Shown here: piece by piece, positions 1 to 9,559 of the stretch
How positions within the stretch are numbered: the stretch's first letter is position 1
Layout: each line of letters begins with the position of its first letter
From: Bacilli bacterium
GTDB taxonomy: Bacteria; Bacillota_I; Bacilli_A; RF39; UBA660
Length of the DNA: 64,000 nucleotides
Reading direction: 5' to 3'
Assembly (NCBI GenBank): GCA_017525035.1
Contig: JAFXTH010000004.1
Coordinates: 48,385 to 112,384, forward strand
The notes under the pieces: generated by a model
What the model was told of the DNA's origin: nothing
Database searches by the model: none
The model's input: the letters and a program-made list of their open reading frames with translations, nothing else
Program-made: the position numbers and the translations under genes

Positions 1-3000
1 AAGAATAAATCCTCACCATCTATCTTGTTAGACATTTCTTCACTAAATATTAGCTCAATTGAATTCTTAGTTTGATGTACTTCTTTTACTTCATATTTTT
101 TAGCAAGTGATTCAAACAATTCTTCATACATATAAGTAATTACTTTTTCATCTAATTTACCGAATCTGTCTTCAAGTTCTAATTTGACTTGATCAAATTT
201 TTCTTTAGAATCAATTTCATTAATCTTCTTATGTATTTCAATTTTTAAATCAGTATCTTCAACATAAGAATCATCTATATGTGTTTCTACACTTAATAAA
301 GGTCTTTCATCTTTTACTGGTTCTTCTTCTATTTCTTCACCTTTAAGTTTTGCTACTTCTTCATTAAGTATTTTCAAATATAACTCAATTCCTATGTTAT
401 CAATAAATCCAGCTTGTTCACTTCCTAGGATATCTCCTGCTCCTCTTATTGATAAATCTCTTGTTGCAATAGAGAAACCACTACCTAGTTCAGTGAATTC
501 TTTTATTACATTTAATCTTTTAACTGCCACTTCATTTAATATCTTATTCTTGTTGTACATAAGATATGCATAAGCAATTTTATTACTTCTTCCTACTCTA
601 CCTCTTACTTGGTATAGTTGACTTAATCCAAAGTAATCTGCATTTAAAATTATTATTGTGTTAACGTTAGGTATATCTATTCCTGTTTCGATAATTGTAG
701 TACATAGCAACACATCATATTCGTGATTAATGAAATCAATCATTCTGTTTTCTAAGTCTTCTTTACTCATTTGACCGTGCGCTACAACTATTTTGGCATC
801 AGGTAATAATTTTTCTAATTCTATCTTCTTTGCTTCAATATCTTCTACTCTGTTATAAAGGATGAATGTTTGACCATTTCTAGATAATTCCTTATATACT
901 GCATCTTTAATGATATGTGAATTTTCTTCCATTACATATGTTTGTACTGGGTATCTATCTACTGGTGGTGTCTCAATTAGTGACATACTTCTTAGCCCTG
1001 TCATAGACATTTGTAATGTTCTTGGTATTGGCGTTGCAGTAAGAGTTAGAACATCAACATTTTCTTTATATTCTTTTATCTTTTCTTTATGAACTACTCC
1101 AAATCTTTGCTCTTCATCAATTATTAATAGTCCAAGATCTTTAGGTCTTATATCATTACTTAATAATCTATGTGTTCCAAAAACAACATCTACTTTTTTC
1201 TCTTCCAAATCACTTATTATTTTTTTGGTTTCTTTTGCTGTTGTGAATCTATTTAGGAGTGCAATGTTTACTGGATAGTTTTTAAATCTTTCTTTTGCAC
1301 TTTCATATTGTTGATTTGAAAGGATTGTTGTTGGGCATAAATATAAAACTTGTTTTCCATCATTAACTGCTTTAAAAATTGCTCTGAATGCTACTTCTGT
1401 TTTTCCATATCCAACATCACCGCATAGCAATCTATCCATTGGTGTAGACGATTCCATATCATCTTTTATTTGTCGCGTTACTAATAATTGATCTTTTGTT
1501 GGTGTATATTCAAATTCACTTTCAAACATTTCTTGAAGCTCATTATCTTTGCTGAATCTATATCCTTGTTTCATTTCTCTTAGAGCATATATCTTCAATA
1601 ATTTTTCAGCTATATCTTTTACTTTGTTTTTAACTCGTAGTTTTGTTTTCTCCCATTCAGTACCACCTAGTTTGTTTATCTTAGGTGCTACTCCTTCTTT
1701 TCCAGTATATTTACTTATTAGTTCAATTTTTTCAACTGGAATATATAGTTTGTCTTTTCCTTGATAAAGTATTTCTAAGTAATCTTTTAATAATGTTCCT
1801 TGATTTAGAGTTTTAATACCATTATAGACTCCTATACCATGAAGGCTGTGAACTACATAATCTCCTATTTCTAGATTATTTATATTTTTAATTTTGGCTG
1901 AATACTTAAAGCTTGTTTTGTATTTTGATTTATTAACATGCTTGTTAAATAATTCTGTTTCAGTTAATAAAATGTAATTTTGATACATAAATCCTTTGTT
2001 TAAACTTTTCCTTATTATGTTTATTCTGTTTTCAATTATATTTGTAGGATTAGTTATTAAATATTGTTCAGTTATGTATTTTGTAAAACTTTTTATTTGA
2101 AAATCTTTTAATGCAATTATGATTGTTTTACCAAGATATAAGTTATCCCTTAAATATTTATTGATTAAATCAATATTTTCATTGAAATTATCTACTTCTT
2201 TTATTGTAAAGTCGATTATGTCATTTTTAGGTAAATCCTCAATTATGTTATCAATAGTGTTGTAGTATATCACTTTATCTATTTTAACTTCATCTAGATT
2301 ATACATGTAATTATCTGTAAACTGTTTATCTCTATCCGTTCTATATTCTAGGATTTGTTCTAACATAGTTGTGAAACTTACTTCTATTTGCTTATAGTTT
2401 TTAAATACTGTTATTGGTTCTTCTAGATAATCATATAAAGAATTAATTTTACCATTAGATAATTCTTTTAAATATTTTTGATTGTTTTTTTCTGTGTCAA
2501 AATAATCATCAATTAAAAATTCAGAATTTGGATATATTTCACAGTTGCTAATTTCTTCAATTGTCTTTTGTGTATCTTCATCAAATATTCTTATTGACTC
2601 AATTTCATCCCCAAAGAATTCAATTCTATATGGATGCTCTTTGCCAATTGGGAATATATCTATTACGAATCCTCTTATACCAACTTCTCCTGTTTTTGTT
2701 ACTATTGTTTCTTGTTGGTAACCAATGGCGTTTATTTGTCTTATTAATTCTTCTCTTTCAACTTCATCACCTTTTTTTAGTTTTATTATTGAATTAATAT
2801 ATTTTTCTTTTGTTGGTAGATATCTTAAATAACCATTTAGATGTGTTATTACTATCTTTTTGCCTTTCATTAGTGTTGCATTTAATGTTTCCAATCTAGT
2901 TGTTTTTAAATCTGGGCTTATAGCAATTGATTCACTGGTTAAGAAATCATCCATTGGAAACAAATAAGTATTATTGTTATATTCAGACAAAAAAGTATTC

Positions 3001-3160
3001 AATAGATTAGCTTCATATAATGTTGAAGTTACTATTAAAATACTTTTATCTTGTGTTTCAAAAACTTTATTTATATACAACGAAAAGAATTCGTCGTTCA
3101 ATCCGACCAATCCTACTTTTTTTGAATCTTTAATTGTAACTAAGTCTTCAAATAAGTTCA
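1..3160 (-). CDS. mfd: Transcription-repair coupling factor Mfd. Only the N-terminal part is in the window; the gene runs off the left edge.
   Basis: The reverse-complement ORF starts at ATG 3160, preceded by AGGAG. The translation MNLFEDLVTIKDSKKVGLVGL...EFFGDEIESIRIFD matches the Mfd N-terminal and UvrB-like domains. It sits immediately downstream of pth, as in Bacillus. Confidence 0.8.
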
Positions 3161-3170
3161 TATTATCTCC

Positions 3171-3728
3171 TTAGTTGTTATATTTACCCATTAACCTATC
3201 AAAGTCTAAGTTTAAAAAATCTTCAAGCAATTCATCTATTGTTGGTTTCATTTTTTCAATAGTTTCTTTGTCTTCTTTAGAAAATTTTCCTAATACATAA
3301 TCTTTTGTATCAATTAATTTGTTATTAGATATACCTATCTTTAATCTTTTAAAGTCTTCTGTGTTTAGATGAAGTGCAATATTTTTAAGGCCATTATGTC
3401 CTCCGCTTGAACCTTTTGATCTTAATCTTATTCTTCCTACTTCTAGATCCAAATCATCACTTATTACTAAAATGTCGTTTATATCTATTTTGAAAAAATT
3501 AACAAACTTTCCTACTACTTCTCCAGATAAGTTCATATAAGAAAGTGGTTTTACTAATAATATTTTTTCTCCATTAATTGTTGTTTCTGCATACAATCCA
3601 TTAAATTTTTCTTTGTCAAAAGTAATATTCAATTTTTTTGCAAAAGAATCAATAAATATATATCCAGTATTATGTCTTGTGTTTTCGTATTCTTTTCCTG
3701 GGTTTCCTAGTCCTACAATTAACTTCAT
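3171..3728 (-). CDS. pth: Peptidyl-tRNA hydrolase.
   Basis: The 185-aa product begins MKLIVGLGNPGKEYENTRHNTGY, the conserved Pth N-terminus. Confidence 0.9.
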   Translation of the reverse strand: MKLIVGLGNPGKEYENTRHNTGYIFIDSFAKKLNITFDKEKFNGLYAETTINGEKILLVKPLSYMNLSGEVVGKFVNFFKIDINDILVISDDLDLEVGRIRLRSKGSSGGHNGLKNIALHLNTEDFKRLKIGISNNKLIDTKDYVLGKFSKEDKETIEKMKPTIDELLEDFLNLDFDRLMGKYNN

Positions 3729-3732
3729 ATTA

Positions 3733-4461
3733 TCATCCCCTTTCTTTAAACATATCTTTAACTACTTCAGTATAATCTCCATTTTCATTATGAGCAATAA
3801 TTGGTGGAAGAATTTTTAATCCTGGATTACCATTTTTTCTTCCTTCAATTAATACCATATTAGAATTTGTATTTTCTTTAGGATAAATTAACTGTATTCT
3901 TTTTGGTTCAATATTATTTTTCTTGAACAAATCAATTATCTCAATTAATCGATCTGTCCTATGTACCATTGCAAATACACCATTATTATTTAAATATTTT
4001 TTAGCTATAATAACTAATTCTTCTAAAGTAATTTCTTTTTCGTGTCTTGCTATAGTTTTCTGTGGTGTGTCATTAACATTTGAATTTTCATCTAATCTAA
4101 AATATGGTGGATTAGATACGATAACATCAAAAGAATTTATTTCAAAATATTTATCTAAATTTTTCATATTATCGTTAATCAATGTTATTTGATTTTCAAG
4201 TTTATTTAGTTTAACAGATTCAACTGCTAAATCGTATATTTCCTTTTGCAATTCTATTCCATATATTGGAGCTTCTGTTCTTGTTGTTAAGATTAAAGGA
4301 ATAGGCGCATTACCTGTTCCTAGGTCTAACACTTTGTTTATTCTTGTATTAATTGTAACAAAGTTTGGAAGTAAAACTGAATCAAGTGAAAAATTAAAAT
4401 ATTTATCATCTTGAACAATTTTCATTCCTTTATAGTTTAATAAATCATTTATTACTTTCAT
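3733..4461 (-). CDS. N6-adenine-specific SAM methyltransferase (TrmN6/YabB-like, tRNA1(Val) m6A37). The start codon is uncertain; alternatives are 4476 (TTG) and 4425.
   Basis: It has an LDLGTGNAPIPL SAM-binding motif and a VIVSNPPYF (NPPY) motif. It follows yaaT, as yabB does in Bacillus. Confidence 0.7.
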   Translation of the reverse strand: MKVINDLLNYKGMKIVQDDKYFNFSLDSVLLPNFVTINTRINKVLDLGTGNAPIPLILTTRTEAPIYGIELQKEIYDLAVESVKLNKLENQITLINDNMKNLDKYFEINSFDVIVSNPPYFRLDENSNVNDTPQKTIARHEKEITLEELVIIAKKYLNNNGVFAMVHRTDRLIEIIDLFKKNNIEPKRIQLIYPKENTNSNMVLIEGRKNGNPGLKILPPIIAHNENGDYTEVVKDMFKERG

Positions 4462-5245
4462 TTTTGCTATACTCAACTTCTACTTGTGTCTTATCTGGCT
4501 TTTCAATAGTAATTTTATTATTCAATACATTTAATGAAACTACCTTACCTTCAACACCATCAACTTTCATTTTTGTTCCAATACTTGGAAAATCTTTTTT
4601 TAATTCAGTGTATGTATCATCTTCATAGTTTAAGCAGCAAAGAAGTCTTCCGCATATTCCATTTATTTTTGTTGGATTTAGTGATAAATTTTGATTTTTT
4701 GCCATGTTAATTGAAACGCTGTTGAAATCATTTAGAAATGAACTACAGCATAGTATTCTACCACAAGGTCCAATACCACCAATTTCTTTTGCCTTATCTC
4801 TTACACCAACTTGTCTTAATTCAATTCTTGTTTTATATTGTCCTGCTAATTTTTTAGCAAGTTCTCTAAAATCAACTCTTTCGTCTGCTAAGAAATTAAA
4901 TACTAATTGATTTCTATCTAATGTATAACTACAATCAATAAATTTCATATCTAATTTTAAATCACTAGAAATTTTTCTTGCTTTTTCTATTGCTTCGCTG
5001 CATATTTTTTTGTTTTCTTGTGCCTTTCTAACATCTTCTTTTGTAGCAATTCTAAGTATTGGTCTTAGAGGAGTTACTATTTTAGTATCTGGAATTTGCA
5101 TTATATCTGTTACGGCAGTACAAAATTGTAGACCCCTTTCAGTTTCTACAACTAGCTTGTCTCCTTTTTTTAGATTTAATCCATTAATTGAAAAGAAATA
5201 AACTCTATTTCCTGTTTCAAAATTTATTCCTATAACATCATGCAT
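4445..5245 (-). CDS. yaaT: PSP1-domain protein YaaT (RicT-like, stage 0 sporulation protein).
   Basis: The 266-aa product has a PSP1-like sequence with Cys clusters (GPCGRILCCSSF, CGRLLCC). Its position directly after holB matches the Bacillus holB-yaaT synteny. Confidence 0.7.
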   Translation of the reverse strand: MHDVIGINFETGNRVYFFSINGLNLKKGDKLVVETERGLQFCTAVTDIMQIPDTKIVTPLRPILRIATKEDVRKAQENKKICSEAIEKARKISSDLKLDMKFIDCSYTLDRNQLVFNFLADERVDFRELAKKLAGQYKTRIELRQVGVRDKAKEIGGIGPCGRILCCSSFLNDFNSVSINMAKNQNLSLNPTKINGICGRLLCCLNYEDDTYTELKKDFPSIGTKMKVDGVEGKVVSLNVLNNKITIEKPDKTQVEVEYSKNESNK

Positions 5246-6086
5246 CTACATCAACTCCAGTCATTAATATAATTAATTTATCAATTAATAATTTTGTATT
5301 TGGATTAAATTTTAATCTCGAAATACATGTATTAATTGCATTAATTTTATTTTTAATTGTTTTAATATCATTTTTATTACTTATATATTCAATCTTATCA
5401 ATATCTGATATAAAGTAATTAACTTTTTTATTTATTTTAAATTGTATCACATCATCATATATATACAATAAATTATTTAAGAAATCTTGAATATATTTTC
5501 TATCAGAAAGTTTTTTGTAATCGATCTTATCTTGAAAGGCAATTGCGTATTCTTTGTTATCTTCTATATTTTTTATAAATTCGAACATATTTTCTATATA
5601 TTCTCTATCAACCACATTGAACTTGTCCTCGTTATTTACATATCTTAATACTTGGCATCGTGAAACAATCGTATTTATTACATTGTTTTTATTTTCAGTT
5701 GTAAGAATTGCAATAATTCCTTCTTCTGGTTCTTCTATAAATTTAAGAAGTTTGTTTGCTGATGATGCATTTAGTTTTTCAGCACCATCAATTATATATA
5801 TTCTTTTATTTCCATATATTGATTTTGTTTTTAATTTATCTTTTAATACTTCTATTTCTTCTGTTTTAATTAGATTTGTATCACTTTGTATTATTATTAA
5901 ATCGCTATTTAATTCTAATTCTTCAATTGTTTGTATATCATCAACTGATAATATTTTTCTTACTAATTCTTTAGCTAATTCTATTTTATTATTGGAGTTT
6001 GTTTCTATTAGGTATGCATGATTAATTTTATCTTTTTTAACATATTTGGAAATATATTCGTTAAATTTTGTTAAATCATTATTCAT
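5238..6086 (-). CDS. holB: DNA polymerase III delta-prime subunit.
   Basis: The 282-aa product resembles an AAA+ clamp-loader subunit (HAYLIE, RCQVL sensor region) and sits between recR/bofA and yaaT. Confidence 0.65.
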   Translation of the reverse strand: MNNDLTKFNEYISKYVKKDKINHAYLIETNSNNKIELAKELVRKILSVDDIQTIEELELNSDLIIIQSDTNLIKTEEIEVLKDKLKTKSIYGNKRIYIIDGAEKLNASSANKLLKFIEEPEEGIIAILTTENKNNVINTIVSRCQVLRYVNNEDKFNVVDREYIENMFEFIKNIEDNKEYAIAFQDKIDYKKLSDRKYIQDFLNNLLYIYDDVIQFKINKKVNYFISDIDKIEYISNKNDIKTIKNKINAINTCISRLKFNPNTKLLIDKLIILMTGVDVDA

Positions 6087-6090
6087 GCCA

Positions 6091-6282
6091 TCACCTCCAA
6101 TAAAAAATTTTTAGTATTGCTACCAACGTTGCTAACCCTGGAATGTCTAGAAATGATACGATACCTAATGTATAAAAATTAATGGGTATCATAATATTAT
6201 AAGACGTTGCCACTAAGTTATATGTATATAAAAGTATAAAAGCAAATACTATTTTTCTAATTATTTTTATTACTGTTTTCAT
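6091..6282 (-). CDS. bofA: BofA-family small membrane protein (pro-sigma-K processing inhibitor-like).
   Basis: The 63-aa, two-TM protein contains IMIPINFYTLGIVSFLDIPGLATLVAILKIF, which resembles the B. subtilis BofA core (PINLVT...GIPGIAALVVIKQF). It lies downstream of recR, as bofA does in Bacillus. Confidence 0.55.
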   Translation of the reverse strand: MKTVIKIIRKIVFAFILLYTYNLVATSYNIMIPINFYTLGIVSFLDIPGLATLVAILKIFYWR

Positions 6283-6320
6283 GAAATCACCTAATTTAAT
6301 TTATGAAAACATGTACATCT

Positions 6321-6917
6321 TTATTCTATTTCTTTTCTATCTGACAATGCTCTTTCTAGAGTCATTGAATCTATATATTCTATATCTGTTCCAATTGGAA
6401 TACCGCTTGCAATACGAGTTACTTTAATGTTCATACCTTCAATTATTTTCTTGATATACAATGCAGTTGTTTCACCTTCTATACTTGGTTTAACCGCAAT
6501 TATTATTTCATCGTATTTTTCTTTTTGAATTCTTTTTACTAATTTATCTATTCCTATATCATCTGGATCTATTCCATCTAGTGGTGATATTAATCCATCT
6601 ATTACATGATATTCTCCATTATATGATCCGACTCTTTCAAATAAGAAAATACTTTTTGGATCTTCAACAACACATAGTACTTTTTTATTTCTTAAGCTGT
6701 TGCTGCAAATATCACATACTTCTTTATCAGTTATTCCATTACATACAGAACACTTTCTTATTTTTTCTTTAGCGCTAGTAATTGAGTTTGCAAAAAAGTC
6801 TGTTTTTTCCTGATCTTCATTAAGTAAGAAAAAAGCCATTCTTTCGGCTGTTTTTTCTCCTACACCAGGAAGCAATTTAAAACTTTCTATTAAATTCTTT
6901 AAACTTTCTGGATACAT
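6321..6917 (-). CDS. recR: Recombination protein RecR.
   Basis: The 198-aa product has an N-terminal HhH (LPGVGEKTAERMAFFLL), a C4 zinc finger (CSVCNGI...CDIC) and a Toprim domain. Confidence 0.9.
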   Translation of the reverse strand: MYPESLKNLIESFKLLPGVGEKTAERMAFFLLNEDQEKTDFFANSITSAKEKIRKCSVCNGITDKEVCDICSNSLRNKKVLCVVEDPKSIFLFERVGSYNGEYHVIDGLISPLDGIDPDDIGIDKLVKRIQKEKYDEIIIAVKPSIEGETTALYIKKIIEGMNIKVTRIASGIPIGTDIEYIDSMTLERALSDRKEIE

Positions 6918-7216
6918 TAGAATAATCCTGGCATCATATTTGTGTATTTAGACATTTTTTGTTCTCTTAGTTCATCTACTTTTTGGAAAGCATTGTTTAA
7001 TGCAACCATTATCATATCTTCTAGTATTTCTAAATCATCTTTTTCAAGACTATCTTTGTTAGAAATAGTAATAGATAATACTTCTTTCTTTCCATTTACT
7101 TTTACTTTTACTAAAGAACTTTCACCTTCAAATTCTGTTTTTTCTATTTCTTCTTCTTGTTTTTGCATATCTTTTTGCATTGTTTGTGCTTGTCTCATTA
7201 AAGCTTGTATATTCAT
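6917..7216 (-). CDS. ybaB: Nucleoid-associated protein YbaB/EbfC.
   Basis: The 99-aa product is in the dnaX-ybaB-recR arrangement and has the typical C-terminal MMPGLF. Confidence 0.85.
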   Translation of the reverse strand: MNIQALMRQAQTMQKDMQKQEEEIEKTEFEGESSLVKVKVNGKKEVLSITISNKDSLEKDDLEILEDMIMVALNNAFQKVDELREQKMSKYTNMMPGLF

Positions 7217-7234
7217 ATTTATCTCCTCATCTTT

Positions 7235-8776
7235 CTATTCATCAAATAATTCTTTTGCTTTATCTTTTAAAGTTTTTTTTGTTTTTTCATTTTTTGGTTC
7301 TTCTTGATATTTGAACTTATCTTTATTGTTTTTATACTCTGCAGTATATTTTTTCCAATCATCTTCAGATAAGCATACAACCATATATTTTCCACCAAAT
7401 GTTTGATTTATTATTTTATTTACTACATCTATATCACTATTTACTTGAGTTGCAATACCATTTAATTTTGATATAAGTATTATATTTGTATCACTTGCTG
7501 CTACTGGCATAGTATCTGATGATAATAATCTTGCTATATTTCCATATTGTTCATCAAACGCTAGGTCTTTTATTTTGTCCCAATTACTTCTTATTTCAGA
7601 AATAATTGTTTTTTGTGGATTATATAATGTATTACCTACTCTTATTTCTATGATATTTTCATCTATTTTATTAGATTCAACTGGTTCTTTTATATTTTTC
7701 TTTAATTCTTCTTTTACTTCATTTGATTGTTTAAACTCTGTTTTGGTTTCTTTTATTGGTTCTTCATCTAGTAAACAATTTATTATAGTTACTTCAAATA
7801 TTATTTTTGGATTTTCTGACTTTTCCATTAAAGTAACCATTTGGTCTAATTCATTTATTAATTTACATAAAGATCTATCATATTTTTTTTCTAATACTAT
7901 TTCATCTCTTAAATATTCAATGATGTTATTAGCTAACTTTAATAAATCTATTCCTTCATTATAAAAATCATTAATTTTTACTATTAATTGTTCTATATTT
8001 TTATTTTGAAATAATGTTATAAAATCATTTAAATCTTGTTCTGAAACGTTTCCTGATATTTCTTTAATTGTGTTAGCAGTTATTGTTTTATCAGTATATG
8101 CCGCAGCTTTTTCTAATAAGCCGATAGCATCTCTTAGCCCGCCATTAGAATATTTTGATATTTCGCTTAATGCTGTATCATCAATATCTATATTTTCTTT
8201 TGTTGATATTTCTTTTAATTTTTGTGTCATTGATTGTGTATCAATCTTTCTAAATTCCAATGTTTGGCATCTTGATATTATTGTTAATGGTACTTTTTGT
8301 AGTTCTGTTGTTGCAAGTACAAAAATTGCATGTTCTGGTGGTTCTTCTAATGTTTTTAGTAATGCATTAAATGCACCAGTTGAAAGCATATGTACCTCAT
8401 CTACAATATATACTTTATATTTTAGTTCTGAAGGAACAAACGATATTTTATTTTTTAATTCTCTTATTTCGTCTACACCATTATTTGATGCTGCATCAAT
8501 TTCTATAATATCTACGCAGCCTGGTTCAATAGATATTTTGCAACTATCACATTTTTCACATGGAACACCATTTTTTGGTGATTCACAGTTAATTGTACGC
8601 GATAATATTTTAGCTATTGAAGTTTTACCTGTTCCTCTAGGTCCATAAAAAAGATACGCATGAGAAATATGATTATTTTCTATAGCATTTTTTAATATTT
8701 GTATTGTTACTTTTTGTCCTACTACTTCATCAAAGTTTTTAGGGCGATATTTTCGATATAATGCTTGAAATTTCAT
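7235..8776 (-). CDS. dnaX: DNA polymerase III tau/gamma subunit.
   Basis: Walker A GPRGTGKTS is present, as are clamp-loader motifs and a zinc module (CEKCDSCK). The start was chosen at ATG 8776 because AGGGGG lies 6 nt upstream; the track's TTG at 8794 is less likely. Confidence 0.9.
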   Translation of the reverse strand: MKFQALYRKYRPKNFDEVVGQKVTIQILKNAIENNHISHAYLFYGPRGTGKTSIAKILSRTINCESPKNGVPCEKCDSCKISIEPGCVDIIEIDAASNNGVDEIRELKNKISFVPSELKYKVYIVDEVHMLSTGAFNALLKTLEEPPEHAIFVLATTELQKVPLTIISRCQTLEFRKIDTQSMTQKLKEISTKENIDIDDTALSEISKYSNGGLRDAIGLLEKAAAYTDKTITANTIKEISGNVSEQDLNDFITLFQNKNIEQLIVKINDFYNEGIDLLKLANNIIEYLRDEIVLEKKYDRSLCKLINELDQMVTLMEKSENPKIIFEVTIINCLLDEEPIKETKTEFKQSNEVKEELKKNIKEPVESNKIDENIIEIRVGNTLYNPQKTIISEIRSNWDKIKDLAFDEQYGNIARLLSSDTMPVAASDTNIILISKLNGIATQVNSDIDVVNKIINQTFGGKYMVVCLSEDDWKKYTAEYKNNKDKFKYQEEPKNEKTKKTLKDKAKELFDE

Positions 8777-8805
8777 ATTATTCCCCCTTAACAAATATCA
8801 ATAAT

Positions 8806-8814
8806 ATTATATCA
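8806..8814 (-). promoter_or_regulatory. Candidate extended -10 element (TGaTATAAT) for dnaX.
   Basis: The minus strand reads tgaTATAAT about 30 nt upstream of the dnaX ATG, and the region further upstream is AT-rich. There is no strong -35. Confidence 0.35.
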
Positions 8815-8856
8815 TATATATACAACAAATTAGTATATTTTCTTTATATTTTTATT

Positions 8857-8874
8857 ATGTTTCACGTGAAACAT
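8857..8874. repeat. 18-bp perfect palindrome ATGTTTCACGTGAAACAT (motif A, copy 1).
   Basis: Perfect dyad symmetry read directly from the sequence. It lies about 45-65 bp upstream of the putative dnaX -10. Confidence 0.9.
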
Positions 8875-8896
8875 TATTTTTCAAAAACAGTTATAG

Positions 8897-8913
8897 TTAC
8901 ACGTGAAACATTA
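8897..8913. repeat. Motif A copy 2 (TTACACGTGAAACATTA; imperfect left arm).
   Basis: It shares CACGTGAAACATTA with copies 1, 3 and 4. Confidence 0.85.
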
Positions 8914-8928
8914 CTTTTTTTTAATAAA

Positions 8929-8950
8929 AAATATTTCCCGGGAAATATTT
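8929..8950. repeat. 22-bp perfect palindrome AAATATTTCCCGGGAAATATTT (motif B, copy 1).
   Basis: Perfect dyad read directly from the sequence. Confidence 0.9.
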
Positions 8951-8971
8951 TTGACTTTTTTTAGGCATTTT

Positions 8972-8993
8972 TATTTCCCGGGAAATATTTCCC
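8972..8993. repeat. Motif B copy 2, TATTTCCCGGGAAATATTTCCC. It holds two overlapping palindromes, TTTCCCGGGAAA and GGGAAATATTTCCC.
   Basis: Read directly from the sequence. Half-sites TTTCCC/GGGAAA alternate in both arrangements. Confidence 0.9.
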
Positions 8994-9005
8994 AAACTTT
9001 TTTAT

Positions 9006-9030
9006 TGTTACACGTGAAACATTATCCACA
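9006..9030. repeat. Motif A copy 3 fused to a consensus DnaA box (TGTTACACGTGAAACATTATCCACA).
   Basis: CACGTGAAACATTATCCACA is identical to 9630-9649, and TTATCCACA is the perfect DnaA-box consensus. It lies immediately downstream of the tadA stop codon. Confidence 0.9.
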
Positions 9031-9034
9031 ATTA

Positions 9035-9457
9035 TTATTTATTTCTAATATTGGTAAAGGCATCTTTAATTATTTTTTCACAGTTGTCTATAATAATTTT
9101 GTTGTTAATCTGTTTAGCTTCAATATTAGAATCGATAACATTATTTTTTGCACCATATACTACTTTGGATATTTTTGTTGCTTTTATTACTTCTTTGCAC
9201 ATTGGACAAGGTTCTAGTGTTGTATATAATACACAATCTAAAAGACGCCAATTATTCAATTTTATATTTGCCTTTTCAATTGCTATAATTTCTGCATGCT
9301 TCGTTATTACTTGTTTTGAATCTCTTAAATTATGTCCTTTTGATACTATTTCATTATTTCTAACAATTACTGCACCAACTGGTATTTCATTTTTATTAAA
9401 AGCTTTTAATGCTTCTTTATATGCAATATTCATAAAATAATTATCATCATTTATCAT
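9035..9457 (-). CDS. tadA: tRNA-specific adenosine deaminase TadA (CDA-fold deaminase).
   Basis: It has the HAEIIAI and PCPMC zinc motifs. The start was taken at ATG 9457, with GGAG 6 nt upstream. The 27-codon N-terminal extension in the track overlaps the SRP RNA gene and is probably not translated. Confidence 0.8.
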   Translation of the reverse strand: MINDDNYFMNIAYKEALKAFNKNEIPVGAVIVRNNEIVSKGHNLRDSKQVITKHAEIIAIEKANIKLNNWRLLDCVLYTTLEPCPMCKEVIKATKISKVVYGAKNNVIDSNIEAKQINNKIIIDNCEKIIKDAFTNIRNK

Positions 9458-9479
9458 ATGATCAACTCCAATAAAAAAT

Positions 9480-9553
9480 GATGCACATAAGCACAGACAT
9501 GTTAAGGCTGCTACATTCCTGTTCTGACCTGGTTCCACCGTACTTATTGCATC
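9480..9553 (-). ncRNA. ffs: Small (4.5S-type) signal recognition particle RNA.
   Basis: The minus strand contains ACCAGGUCAGAACAGGAAUGUAGCAGCC. This matches the universally conserved SRP RNA domain IV (E. coli 4.5S ACCAGGUCAGGUCCGGAAGGAAGCAGCC). The flanks CCAGGUCAG and AGCAGCC are identical and the GGAA tetraloop is present. The long helix is closed by GAUGCA/UGCAUC and AUAAG/CUUAU pairing. It is preceded by a TTGATT-N17-TAAAAT promoter and followed by AUUUUUUAUU. The exact ends are approximate. Confidence 0.75.
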
Positions 9554-9559
9554 AATGTA

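Noticed and set aside
8070-8648. Long antisense and overlapping ORFs from the six-frame track that lie inside known genes. Examples are 8070-8648 (+) inside dnaX, 12618-13244 (+) inside gyrB, 50568-51122 (-) inside the ClpC-like gene, 21532-22002 (-) inside mnmE and 5554-6021 (+) inside holB.
   Set aside because: They sit entirely within well-supported genes on the opposite strand. Their composition is Ser/Ile/Leu/Phe-rich low complexity, as expected from antisense reading of AT-rich coding DNA, and they have no ribosome-binding sites or motifs.
8857-9030. Assignment of palindrome A or B to a known regulator (TnrA TGTNA-N7-TNACA, PurR PurBox, LexA GAAC-N4-GTTC, CodY AATTTTCWGAAAATT, Rex, Fur, PerR or CcpA cre).
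   Set aside because: The spacing or half-sites do not fit in each case. For example, the A spacer is 6 rather than 7 for TnrA, and there is no GAAC/GTTC for LexA. The dyads were also considered as REP- or MITE-like mobile repeats, but they are confined to promoter-proximal positions around dnaX, ffs-tadA and mnmE, and no terminal inverted repeats or target duplications typical of MITEs were seen.
8761-9217. Small plus-strand ORFs in the tadA-dnaX intergenic region (8761-8964 and 8903-9217).
   Set aside because: They read straight through the palindrome array, have no ribosome-binding site, and their codon composition is an artefact of the F/Y/N-rich AT sequence. The region is better explained as regulatory DNA.
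9458-9538. The 27-codon N-terminal extension of the tadA ORF (MEPGQNRNVAALTCLCLCASFFIGVDH).
   Set aside because: It overlaps the SRP RNA gene and its U-run. A good ribosome-binding site (GGAG) precedes the internal ATG at 9457, and the extension has no homology to TadA N-termini.
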